DNA of 64,000 nt from Eubacteriales bacterium. Its GTDB lineage: Bacteria > Bacillota > Clostridia > Oscillospirales > CAG-272. Below are positions 55,608 to 64,000 of the stretch, one piece after another. A program made the position numbers and the translations under genes. The stretch lies in NCBI GenBank assembly GCA_045632345.1, contig JAZQWM010000052.1, positions 5,229-69,228 on the forward strand. The letters run 5' to 3'. Numbering within the stretch: position 1 is the first letter of the stretch; each line of letters opens with the position of its first letter. The notes under the pieces were generated by a model, which did no database searches, had not been told where the DNA came from, and was given only the letters and a program-made list of their open reading frames with translations.

Positions 55608-56252
55608 ATGAAAATAATAGATTTAACACACGATATTACAGAAAATATGCCTGTATATCCCAATAGTGATAAACCAAAGTTTAAAACCATCTTCACCTAC
55701 GAAAAAGATGGCTTTAGAGAAACCTTGCTTACCTTAGGCAGCCATACAGGCACACACATTGATGCCCCTGCCCATATAATAAACGGAAAGCTAACCCTTG
55801 ATGAATTTGACGTTTCTCAATTTATTGGCAAAGCACTAGTCATTGATTGCCGTAGCTTAAAGGACGGCGAGCTAATCACAGCTGATTATATTTTGAAGTA
55901 TGGCGAAAAATTAAATCAAGCAGAATTTCTGCTCTTTAATTTAGGCTGGGACAAAAGATGGGGAACTAACGAATATTTTGGCGATTTCCCTTGCCTAAAT
56001 AGTGAAGCCATTGACGTAATAGCAAACGGTAACTATAAGGGCGTTGGCTTTGACGTTATCAGCATTGACGGAGTAGGCAAGCCACTCAAGGTCCACACAG
56101 AGCTGTTTTCTAAAAAATCACTAATCAACGTAGAAAATCTCAAAAATCTTGAACTTTGCGGTAGCGAAATTTTCACGTTCGTTTGCTTACCGTTAAAATT
56201 AACAAACGCAGACGGCTCTCCAACAAGAGCCATAGCAATAATAGAAGAGTAA
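55608..56252 (+). CDS. cyclase family protein (kynurenine formamidase-like)
   Basis: 214 aa with HTGTHIDAPAH metal motif. Confidence 0.8.
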   Translation: MKIIDLTHDITENMPVYPNSDKPKFKTIFTYEKDGFRETLLTLGSHTGTHIDAPAHIINGKLTLDEFDVSQFIGKALVIDCRSLKDGELITADYILKYGEKLNQAEFLLFNLGWDKRWGTNEYFGDFPCLNSEAIDVIANGNYKGVGFDVISIDGVGKPLKVHTELFSKKSLINVENLKNLELCGSEIFTFVCLPLKLTNADGSPTRAIAIIEE

Positions 56253-56272
56253 CCGTTTTAGAAGGAGTTAAA

Positions 56273-57706
56273 ATGTACGATATAGTAGTAATAGGTGCAG
56301 GCGTTGTAGGTGGAATGATAGCAAGAGAGCTTTCCTTCTACAATCTTAAAACCTGTCTTGTTGAAAAGGAAAATGATGTTGCCACAGGCGCAACAAAGGC
56401 GAATTCAGCCATAGTCCATGCAGGCTTTGATGCTAAAGAGGGAACACTCAAAGCCAAATTAAATGTAAAAGGCTCAAAAATGATGCAAAAGGTAGCTAAA
56501 GACCTTGGCGTAAAATACTTTAATAACGGCTCACTTGTTGTTGGCTTTAATAAAGAGGACGAAGAAACGCTTCAAGGACTTCTTGTAAGAGGTAATGCAA
56601 ACGGTGTTGAAGGACTTAAAATTTTAAATAGAGAAGAAATTCTTGAAATTGAACCAAATATCGGTAAAGAGGTTACTTGCGCATTATACGCTCCAACAGG
56701 CGCAATTATCTGCCCATACGATCTTGCAGTATCAGCTATCGGCAACGCTATGGATAATGGCGTTACTCTAAAATGTAATTTTGAAATCACAAGCATCAAA
56801 AAAGAAACCGACCATTACGTTTTAAAATCCAATAACGAAGAAATTTCAGCACGCTATATCGTAAACTGCGCAGGCGTTTATTCCGATAAAATTGCAAAAA
56901 TGGTAGGCGACACCACATTTGACGTTCATCCAAGAAGAGGCGAATACGTGCTTCTTGATAAGGAATCCGGCGGACATATCAAGCATACGATTTTCGTAAC
57001 CCCAAGCAAAATGGGTAAGGGCATTTTAGTGTCTCCAACGGTTGACGGCAACCTTATTTTAGGTCCAACAGCAGTTGACGGCGACGATAAAACCGATAAA
57101 TCCACAACAACCGACTTCTTTGCATCAATTTTCGATATTGCCGAAAGAAGCGTTTCCAATATTCCAAGAAACAAAACAATCACATCCTTCTGCGGACTTC
57201 GCTCCGTAGGTAGCACAGGCGACTTCGTTATAAACAACCCAAAGGAAAACTATATAAACGTTGCCGCAATCGAGTCCCCGGGACTTTCCTCAGCCCCTGC
57301 AATAGCAGAATACGTGTGCGAGCTTTTAAAGGAAGCAGGACTTACACTTGAAGAAAACAAAAACGCGTCAAGAACAAGAAAATCAATGCACGCATTCAGA
57401 GAAGCATCCATTGAAGAGAAGAACAAAATGATTAAGGAAAACCCATCATACGGTAAAATCGTTTGCCGCTGCGAGGGAGTAACCGAGGGCGAAATTCTTG
57501 ATGCAATCCGTAATAATCCAAAAGCAACCGACCTTGACGGCGTAAAAAGACGTACACGCGCCCAAATGGGAAGATGCCAAGGCGGATTTTGTAGCCCATA
57601 TATAATCGAGCTTTTATCAAAGGAGCTTAATTTACCTTACGAAAAAATCACCAAATCAGGTGGAAATTCCTATGTTGCAGTTGGCAAAACAAAGGAGATA
57701 AAGTAA
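56273..57706 (+). CDS. FAD-dependent oxidoreductase with BFD-like [2Fe-2S] domain (glycerol-3-phosphate dehydrogenase-like)
   Basis: MYDIVVIGAGVVGG start with GGAG RBS. C-terminal CRCEGVTEGEILDAI. Confidence 0.8.
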   Translation: MYDIVVIGAGVVGGMIARELSFYNLKTCLVEKENDVATGATKANSAIVHAGFDAKEGTLKAKLNVKGSKMMQKVAKDLGVKYFNNGSLVVGFNKEDEETLQGLLVRGNANGVEGLKILNREEILEIEPNIGKEVTCALYAPTGAIICPYDLAVSAIGNAMDNGVTLKCNFEITSIKKETDHYVLKSNNEEISARYIVNCAGVYSDKIAKMVGDTTFDVHPRRGEYVLLDKESGGHIKHTIFVTPSKMGKGILVSPTVDGNLILGPTAVDGDDKTDKSTTTDFFASIFDIAERSVSNIPRNKTITSFCGLRSVGSTGDFVINNPKENYINVAAIESPGLSSAPAIAEYVCELLKEAGLTLEENKNASRTRKSMHAFREASIEEKNKMIKENPSYGKIVCRCEGVTEGEILDAIRNNPKATDLDGVKRRTRAQMGRCQGGFCSPYIIELLSKELNLPYEKITKSGGNSYVAVGKTKEIK

Positions 57707-58944
57707 TGACAGACTTAGTAATTATAGGCGGCGGCCCTGCCGGAATGAGTGCCGCAATCTCCGCATATGAAAACGGAATTAAGGATATTTTAATTCTTGA
57801 AAGAGATGACGATTTAGGCGGTATTTTACGCCAATGCATCCATAACGGCTTCGGCTTACACAAGTTCAAGGAAGAGCTTACAGGCCCCGAATATGCACAC
57901 AGGTATGCCCAAAAGGTAAAAGAATTAGGTATTCCCTATAAGCTAAATACCATGGTTCTTGACATAACCAAGGATAAAAAAATAATAGCCACAAATAGCG
58001 AGGACGGTATTTTTGAAATCCAAGCCAAAGCAATAATTCTTGCTATGGGATGCAGAGAAAGAGCCAAGGGTGCATTAAATATCGCAGGCGACCGCCCGTC
58101 AGGTGTTTATAGCGCAGGCACAGCCCAAAAATTAGTAAACATCAAGGGCTATATGCCAGGCAAGGAAATCGTAATTTTAGGCTCAGGAGACATAGGTCTT
58201 ATTATGGCTCGTAGAATGACACTTGAGGGAGCTAAGGTAAAAGCTGTATGCGAGCTTATGCCATATTCCTCAGGACTTGCAAGAAATATTGAGCAATGCT
58301 TAAACGATTTTAATATCCCACTTCGCTTATCTCACACAGTAGTTGAATTACACGGTAAGGAAAGACTTACAGGCGTTACAATCGCTAAGGTTGATGAAAA
58401 CCGCAAGCCAATTAAGGAAACCTATGAGCTTATCCCTTGCGACACACTTCTTCTTTCCTGTGGCTTAATTCCTGAAAACGAGCTTACAAAAGGAGCAGGC
58501 GCATCACTTTCAGGCGTTACAAACGGTGGTATCGTTGACCAAAACAGAGAAACCGATATAGAGGGCATTTTCTCTTGCGGTAATGTGCTCCACGTGCACG
58601 ATTTAGTGGACTATGTGTCCGACGAAGCCGAAATCGCAGGCAAGGGAGCCGCAAATTATATTAAAGGCATAAGCGAAAAAACAGTTAATATTCCTATCTC
58701 AACCGACGGCAAAATTCGTTACACAGTCCCACAATTAGTCACCGAGAAAAAGGATGTAACAGTATATTTCAGAGTATCAAACGTATTCAAAAACGTAAAG
58801 GTCAACGTTTATGCAGACGGCAACCTTGTTTTATCAAGAAAAAAGCAAAAGGTAGCACCTGCCGAAATGGAAACAATCAAGATAAATAAGGACGTTTTTG
58901 AAAACGCTAAAGCATTATCCTTTAAGCTGGAGGAAATACAATGA
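57706..58944 (+). CDS. FAD/NAD(P)-binding pyridine nucleotide-disulfide oxidoreductase
   Basis: DLVIIGGGPAGMSAA and ILGSGDIGL dinucleotide motifs. 1-nt overlap with the preceding gene. Confidence 0.75.
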   Translation: MTDLVIIGGGPAGMSAAISAYENGIKDILILERDDDLGGILRQCIHNGFGLHKFKEELTGPEYAHRYAQKVKELGIPYKLNTMVLDITKDKKIIATNSEDGIFEIQAKAIILAMGCRERAKGALNIAGDRPSGVYSAGTAQKLVNIKGYMPGKEIVILGSGDIGLIMARRMTLEGAKVKAVCELMPYSSGLARNIEQCLNDFNIPLRLSHTVVELHGKERLTGVTIAKVDENRKPIKETYELIPCDTLLLSCGLIPENELTKGAGASLSGVTNGGIVDQNRETDIEGIFSCGNVLHVHDLVDYVSDEAEIAGKGAANYIKGISEKTVNIPISTDGKIRYTVPQLVTEKKDVTVYFRVSNVFKNVKVNVYADGNLVLSRKKQKVAPAEMETIKINKDVFENAKALSFKLEEIQ

Positions 58945-59285
58945 AAAGAGAATTAACGTGTATTGCTTGCCCATTAGGCTGCACTCTTACAGTAACCATC
59001 GAGGATAAAAAGGTTATCAGCGTAGATGGAAACACCTGCCCAAGAGGAAAGGATTATGCTATAAACGAATGCACCGCCCCTGTCCGCACAGTAACATCCA
59101 CTGTAATGTGCGAAAATGGCGACCTAGTGTCTGTAAAAACAAAAAATCCTATCCAAAAGGATAAGATTTTTGATGCTATGAGCATCATAAATAAAACAGT
59201 AGCAAAGCTTCCTGTCAGCGTAGGCGACGTAATCATTGAAGACCTATTCGGAAGCCCGCTTGTAGCAACACAAGACAAAAAATAA
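58941..59285 (+). CDS. DUF1667-like Cys-rich protein
   Basis: 114 aa with CIACPLGC...CPRG. Third gene of the oxidoreductase trio. Confidence 0.6.
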   Translation: MKRELTCIACPLGCTLTVTIEDKKVISVDGNTCPRGKDYAINECTAPVRTVTSTVMCENGDLVSVKTKNPIQKDKIFDAMSIINKTVAKLPVSVGDVIIEDLFGSPLVATQDKK

Positions 59286-59294
59286 GAGGACAAA

Positions 59295-60014
59295 ATGAAT
59301 ACAATTAAATTTGACAAAAAATCAACTCTTGTAATAGCCCACAGAGGACTTTCAGGACTTGAAAAGGAAAACACCAACGCAGCATTTGTTGCCGCGGGCA
59401 ACCGTTCATATTACGGCATTGAAACAGATATCCACAAAACAAAGGACGGACACTTTGTAATCAACCACGATGGCGACTTTAAACGCGTAGCCAACGATGA
59501 AACCGTAATTGAAAACTCAACACTTGAGGAAATTCAAAAAATTATTCTTTTAGACGAAAGCAAGGGCAAGCATAGACAGGACTTGCGCCCAACGTTGCTT
59601 GAAAATTACCTTGATATCTGCAAAAAGTACGAAAAACACTCCATTATAGAGCTAAAATCCGACTTTACCGATGAGGATATTGCAAAAATCATTGATATTA
59701 TCAAGTCATATGACTATCTTGAAAACGTAACATTTATCGCATTTAATTATGAAAATCTTTTAAAGGTGCGTAAAATACTACCAAACCAATCCTGCCAATA
59801 CCTATTTTGGAAGCTTACCGATGAGGAAATTGAACGCCTTGTAAAGGACAGAATTGATGCAGACGTGTGGTGCATTGAATTAACCGAGGAGCAAATCGCC
59901 AAAGCCCACAAAGCAGGCTTAAAGGTCAACTGCTGGACAGTAAACGAAAAGGAAAACGGCGAAAAGTTTGCATCATGGGGTATTGATTTTATCACTTCTA
60001 ACATACTTGAATAA
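59295..60014 (+). CDS. glycerophosphodiester phosphodiesterase
   Basis: 239 aa with AHRG...ENT...ETD GDPD motifs. Confidence 0.85.
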   Translation: MNTIKFDKKSTLVIAHRGLSGLEKENTNAAFVAAGNRSYYGIETDIHKTKDGHFVINHDGDFKRVANDETVIENSTLEEIQKIILLDESKGKHRQDLRPTLLENYLDICKKYEKHSIIELKSDFTDEDIAKIIDIIKSYDYLENVTFIAFNYENLLKVRKILPNQSCQYLFWKLTDEEIERLVKDRIDADVWCIELTEEQIAKAHKAGLKVNCWTVNEKENGEKFASWGIDFITSNILE

Positions 60015-60017
60015 AAG

Positions 60018-60050
60018 AACACTCACGCTAACTATGCGTGAGTGTTTTTT
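60018..60050. terminator. terminator
   Basis: AACACTCACGC-TAACTAT-GCGTGAGTGTT followed by TTTTT. Confidence 0.75.
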
Positions 60051-60051
60051 A

Positions 60052-60689
60052 TTAACTTAATGCGTCCCTTACAGTATAAACACCTGCATCCTTATTTCTT
60101 GCAAGCTCTATTTGGAAATTAACCACCGCTTGAATTGTTTTATCACTAAACTTCTTGTCAGAAAATTCCGTAATTACTCTTTCAAAATCCTCACTTCTGC
60201 GTAGAATGTCTACGTATTGAGCGATAATATTTTCGTTTTTCTTTTTAATTGCTGGAAGCTTTTCAAACATATTAACCGCCATTTTTCTAACGTGCTTGGC
60301 ATTATTCTATCTCTGTTGTCATCGCAGCTCCATGCACATCTCAAAAGCGCAGAATATGCATCCATATACTTTCTGTCATGCATCATAATCTTATGGTGTT
60401 TATAAAATCTGTCTGCTAATTCGCTCTTGAATTCCAATCCGTCATTGCTTGAATATTCATAAGATTTTAAAAATTACTCTTTGACAGATGATATGCTCTC
60501 AACGTCATAATTTACGTAGTTGCAGCATGGACATCTTTGAATCCAAAGCCACATGGTGCTTCGCCTCATTTCCGGTGGTCTTAAATCTAAATCAGGACTA
60601 CCAAAGCTATTGGTACTTGTAATTATGTTGAATTTTGATTCAGTACCGCAAATAGTGCATTTTTTCTTGAATTCTCTAAAAGTTGACAT
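60052..60689 (-). pseudogene. zinc-ribbon + helical (DUF2225-like) gene, apparently disrupted twice
   Basis: MSTFREFKKKCTICG...CPCCNYV (AAGGAAG RBS) ends at TAA 60474-76, yet the same frame continues open (FLKSYEYSSNDGLEFKSELADRF...). A further frame change near the T5 run 60282-86 joins the 60052..60282 ORF. Confidence 0.4.
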
Positions 60690-60739
60690 TGTATCACTTC
60701 CTTTATTTTTTAATGAATTATAATAACAAATTGCCATAT

Positions 60740-61867
60740 TTATTTTGCATAGCTCAATTCCATGAGCTTTCGCAAACATGATCTGATAGAACAAATAAAT
60801 TCCTCAAACCATTTTGGCAGCTTCAGTTGACTATACACCTCATCAACGTCAGGCGAAACCGTATTAAGAGCAAATCTACCCATGCGGATCTGCTTCGTAA
60901 TTTTCTCCGCATATTTTAAATCCACCCCAACTCTTTCAACCTCAGGCTTTATAATCTCAAAGATATCATCTCTGAAAGCAGGAATTTCAAAGAGCGAAAT
61001 ATCTCCCCTTTGAATTAGCTTTTCTCCGTTATCATTCCATACGTTTGTGCCGTGAAGTAAACCGCAAATTTTAAGCAGCTCAAGCTTGCTTTGAGGCTTA
61101 ATGTTGGTAATTTCAGTTTCCTCTAATAGTCCAAAATCAAGCTTAACCTCATCTGGATTGATTTTACTAAAATCAATATCCTCATATTTAATTTCGCTTT
61201 TACTCTCAAGCATTCTAAGCTCATCTAAAATCGCTTTTGCAGTAACTCTTATGTGCGGATATCTTCTGTAAAAAGGCTCATTATCCTTTGGTTTGGTAAA
61301 GACCTTTGGCAAAATGGTAAATATCTTATCCTCGGTATGACAGTCCACTTCCTCTACAAAATTGTAAACCTTTAATATTTCTCTAATTACGTTATAAGCT
61401 GCTTCAAGTGCTTCAAATCCTACAAAAAGAGTACACCCAGGCGCATCAATCATTATAGAATGCATTTCATACGGAACGTTAAACCCCTTAGGCTTCATTC
61501 TTGCTCCGCAAGTGCATTCCTTTTGACCAACGTCCCAAGGAGTTAGGTTACTGTCAATCATTTCAACTCTTTTGCAAGCGGGACAATAGTAGTGATGCGG
61601 CAAAGGATTGTTATCAGTAACCCCAAGCAAATATGAAATTAAAGTTGAGCCATACGTAATACTGTAATGGGAATGGTATCGCATATTTCTAAGAGAGGAC
61701 TTTATTTTTCCAAGTATTTCATCAAATAGCAACGCCCCATACCCAAGCAAATATTTCGCCTTTTCCATCTCAAGCCTTTCCTTAAAAGCCTTTGGTGCAT
61801 TATCTCCGTAAATATCTTCAAATCGCTCCTTAACAATATCTAATATTCTGAAATTTTGTTCGTTCAT
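60740..61867 (-). CDS. PolC-fragment-like protein (PHP C-terminal half, zinc-finger region and start of the polymerase core); exapted or decaying
   Basis: Collinear with the PolC pattern: FKERLEMEKA..., NPLPHHYYCPACK...CTCGARMKPKGFNVPYE, LLHGTNVW, FRDDIF, LPKWFEEF. The next PolC motif (YQIMFAKAHG) is in the -1 frame (ORF 60474..60794). Confidence 0.5.
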   Translation of the reverse strand: MNEQNFRILDIVKERFEDIYGDNAPKAFKERLEMEKAKYLLGYGALLFDEILGKIKSSLRNMRYHSHYSITYGSTLISYLLGVTDNNPLPHHYYCPACKRVEMIDSNLTPWDVGQKECTCGARMKPKGFNVPYEMHSIMIDAPGCTLFVGFEALEAAYNVIREILKVYNFVEEVDCHTEDKIFTILPKVFTKPKDNEPFYRRYPHIRVTAKAILDELRMLESKSEIKYEDIDFSKINPDEVKLDFGLLEETEITNIKPQSKLELLKICGLLHGTNVWNDNGEKLIQRGDISLFEIPAFRDDIFEIIKPEVERVGVDLKYAEKITKQIRMGRFALNTVSPDVDEVYSQLKLPKWFEEFICSIRSCLRKLMELSYAK

Positions 61868-61954
61868 ATTTTATCCCCCTTGTAAATTATCAATAATACC
61901 GTTATTTATAGCTATTTTAACATAGCAATAAAAACTAAGCGTTTTTAATTTTCC

Positions 61955-61987
61955 AAAGCAAAAAAACGGATACTGTTTTCAGTACCC
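61955..61987 (-). terminator. minus-strand terminator of the membrane protein gene
   Basis: Minus strand reads GGGTACTG-AAAA-CAGTATCC followed by GTTTTTTTGC. Confidence 0.6.
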
Positions 61988-62009
61988 ATTTCGGTAATTT
62001 ATAAAGATT

Positions 62010-62768
62010 TTAAGATCTTGATTTTTTTAATCTTGGAATAAAATAGTATGCGTTTATATAAATAAAAACAAACAGCAAATAGAGAGGTAAATATAATCCG
62101 TAACACATACCAACTATTTCCTGCACCTCATTATCGCGCATAAAATAGAATGGGTCGGGATCAATCTTAAATAAGTAAATTTCCAAAAAAGTATATAAGA
62201 GCATTACACCAAAGCAAATTCCTTCCTTCCAAATATTACAGTATTTGAAATCAGTGAATTTATAGATTATAAAGCAAACGGCAATAATCAAGAAAAATGA
62301 ATGTGTAAGAATAGAATAAAGATTTTCAAACAAAATCAATTCATTAGTAAAGCCTGCGCTTGGATAAGCAAAAAATATTGTTGCGCAAAGTATTCCTACT
62401 ATTGAAGCGAAATTATAAAAGAATTTTTTTCTTACAATCAAAGCGATAATTACAAGCCAACAAGAAATTGCGCATCCTGGTCTAGGTAATAAAATCTTTA
62501 AAATCTTATTAACCGTAAGCTCGTCCGCAAGAATAAAACCGTTAATTCTTCTTACAACGCCTAAAACAGCAATCGCTATTGCCAAAGATAATAGAATAGA
62601 AAATTTAAGCTTTTCACTTTTGTTTTTTAATAGAATTGATGAAACAACAATAAATCCAATACATAAAATCAATGTGATAATATGTAAAGCACCCCATGCC
62701 CCATCAAGCTTAGGATTCGGATAAGTGCTAAAAAGCCAGTCTGTAAAGCTCATGTTAACGTACCTCAT
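62010..62768 (-). CDS. integral membrane protein (about 7 TM)
   Basis: 252 aa, hydrophobic throughout. Confidence 0.6.
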   Translation of the reverse strand: MRYVNMSFTDWLFSTYPNPKLDGAWGALHIITLILCIGFIVVSSILLKNKSEKLKFSILLSLAIAIAVLGVVRRINGFILADELTVNKILKILLPRPGCAISCWLVIIALIVRKKFFYNFASIVGILCATIFFAYPSAGFTNELILFENLYSILTHSFFLIIAVCFIIYKFTDFKYCNIWKEGICFGVMLLYTFLEIYLFKIDPDPFYFMRDNEVQEIVGMCYGLYLPLYLLFVFIYINAYYFIPRLKKSRS

Positions 62769-62890
62769 ATAAAATTAAAACGTATATATTATACCATACG
62801 CAAAGCGAAAGTGTCATTTTTATGAACAAGTTTTCAAAAAGTTCACAAACTGTTTTATGGCAAAGCACGAGCAGAGCCGAATTTACCGAT

Positions 62891-62927
62891 TCAAACTAAA
62901 CAAAAAGGACACCATGAAGGTGTCCTT
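62891..62927 (-). terminator. minus-strand terminator with no intact gene upstream
   Basis: AAGGACACC-ATGAA-GGTGTCCTT. On the minus strand it is followed by TTTTTGTTTAGTTTG. Confidence 0.6.
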
Positions 62928-62933
62928 ATTTAT

Positions 62934-62962
62934 TGGCGGAGTATGCGGGATGAAAATCGAAC
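62934..62962 (-). other. orphan tRNA 3'-end fragment (att-site-like remnant)
   Basis: Minus strand reads GTTCGAT[TTTTC]ATCCCGC-ATACTCC-G-CCA: T-loop/T-stem, 7-nt acceptor strand, discriminator and CCA. No 5' half is present, and it is immediately followed by the terminator above. Confidence 0.45.
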
Positions 62963-62969
62963 TGCTGTA

Positions 62970-62998
62970 TTTACAGAAAATTAAATATATGGTATAAT
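62970..62998 (+). promoter_or_regulatory. sigma-A type promoter
   Basis: TTTACA, 17 nt, TATAAT with TG extended -10. Confidence 0.6.
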
Positions 62999-63028
62999 TA
63001 TATTAAAAAGTTGTTACAGGAGATAATA

Positions 63029-63550
63029 ATGATATATTTGAGTAAAAAAACTAAAATAGTTTTGGGCATAATTTTATTAATATTAAGTGTTGCTTTGGCT
63101 GTTAGCGCAATATTTTGGAGTAATAATTTAGACCATAGTACTTATGATTATAACGAACTTACATATCGGGAATTCAGTGTACAAAGCATAAAAAAAGCAA
63201 CTGGAAGAAATGCTCGTTATGAAATATACACAAACGAGGAAGAACTTCCGCTTGTAATTAGCGAAATCAATTTTGGTGTTGTTAATCATGAAAACATGGA
63301 TTCATTACAACAGGGGGATAAAATTTTTTGTTATATAGATACTGCTCCCACAAAAGCTTTTTCTTACGGAATCGCAGAATTGCAAACTGAAAGCCAAGTT
63401 ATTTTGTCATTAAAAGATTACAACATTAGCGAAATTAAGAATCAAAAAGTCGGCTGTAATTTAATAGGTGCAACTTCAATTTTGTTTTTTTGCTTATCAA
63501 TAAGTGATTTTATTACAGTTATAATAGATAAACGCAAAAACAGATATTGA
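63029..63550 (+). CDS. hypothetical membrane-anchored protein
   Basis: 173 aa from MIYLSKK with GGAG RBS. N- and C-terminal TM helices. Confidence 0.55.
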   Translation: MIYLSKKTKIVLGIILLILSVALAVSAIFWSNNLDHSTYDYNELTYREFSVQSIKKATGRNARYEIYTNEEELPLVISEINFGVVNHENMDSLQQGDKIFCYIDTAPTKAFSYGIAELQTESQVILSLKDYNISEIKNQKVGCNLIGATSILFFCLSISDFITVIIDKRKNRY

Positions 63551-63584
63551 AATTTTGAAACGAAATAAAGAAATGGGGTGTTTT

Positions 63585-64000
63585 TTTGAAAATAATCAAT
63601 AATACGGGCAGTGTAGTTATTGCTTATACTAATAACTATAGCGTTGAGATTGCTATAAATGGAACCGAAATTGTACCTAATGAACTTTTAATAGATTGTG
63701 GAGAAATGTTCTTTAAATATTTTTCTCTAAAAAATGCTGAAATTACAAGTGGATGGGAAAAGGGAATAAGCCGTTATTACTATTTATACAATAAACAGAT
63801 AAACATCCCTACGATTACAAGGATAAACATAACTGACATAGATGAAATCATTCTTGAAAAAAACGAAACCAAAATAAATGTTGTAATAATCAAAACAATG
63901 TGTGTAAAGAATGTTTTGTGTAAAACTAATGACAAAAAAATTGAGAATCAAAGAGTGAGTTTTTTTGATTCGCATATTCGAAAGAAACTTTTAATGATTA
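63585..64000 (+). CDS. hypothetical protein, 3' end outside window
   Basis: Not in the ORF track. A TTG start after GGGGTG opens a stop-free frame to the window edge (MKIINNTGSVVIAYTNNYSVEIAINGTEIV...). The listed antisense ORF 63784..63975 is probably its shadow. Confidence 0.45.

Larger units (their letters stand above)
62934..64000. mobile_element. left edge of a second putative genomic island that continues beyond the window
   Basis: tRNA 3' fragment plus the native-looking terminator on one side. AT-rich hypothetical genes with their own promoter on the other. Confidence 0.35.

Noticed and set aside
63784-63975. 63-aa minus-strand ORF near the window end.
   Set aside because: It lies antisense within a longer stop-free + strand frame (63585 to the window edge) that has a plausible RBS, so it is probably a shadow ORF.

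Overview
The window looks like a low-GC Firmicutes (Clostridia-type) chromosome: AddAB, PolC-like sequence, glycyl-radical chemistry, and many TTGACA-17-TGnTAnAAT promoters. All family names come from reading the translations by eye; no database search was run.

Core region, 1 to 40.7 kb: a complete arginine operon (argG' HCJBDF); a glycyl-radical enzyme / M20 peptidase / activase cluster; divergent aspartate-family operons (hom-lysC-asd and thrC-thrB-ACT); PadR-DUF1700-DUF4097; addB-addA; a queG-like gene; a type IIA topoisomerase B subunit; tadA; an aminotransferase with Lrp; a GH43; and a repeat lipoprotein.

Accessory region, about 40.96 to 55.5 kb: tRNA-Gln(UUG) at 40770-40845 is followed by a visibly more AT-rich stretch. 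It holds a frameshifted large serine recombinase, an ABC-ATPase + RloB/TOPRIM-like pair (AbiL/OLD-like defence candidate), three XRE-HTH+TPR paralogues (one with a nonsense codon), a four-helix-bundle protein, and a same-strand array of orphan polymorphic-toxin-immunity-like genes.

Most interesting signal: this region is partitioned by three copies of a fixed-spacing bipartite box, GGTTCAA-N14-GYTCAGCCA. Each box is followed by a sequence-variable hairpin with a T-run and then a GC-rich structured patch. The region also contains an iteron-like heptamer cluster and partial copies of the tRNA-Gln 3' end. Together this looks like a recombinase-associated, integron/rAID-like cassette array, which I do not recognise as described for Firmicutes.

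Right flank: cyclase, glycerol-3-phosphate and glycerophosphodiester genes, a decayed PolC-fragment-like locus, and a membrane protein. A second island starts at an orphan tRNA 3' fragment near 62.93 kb.
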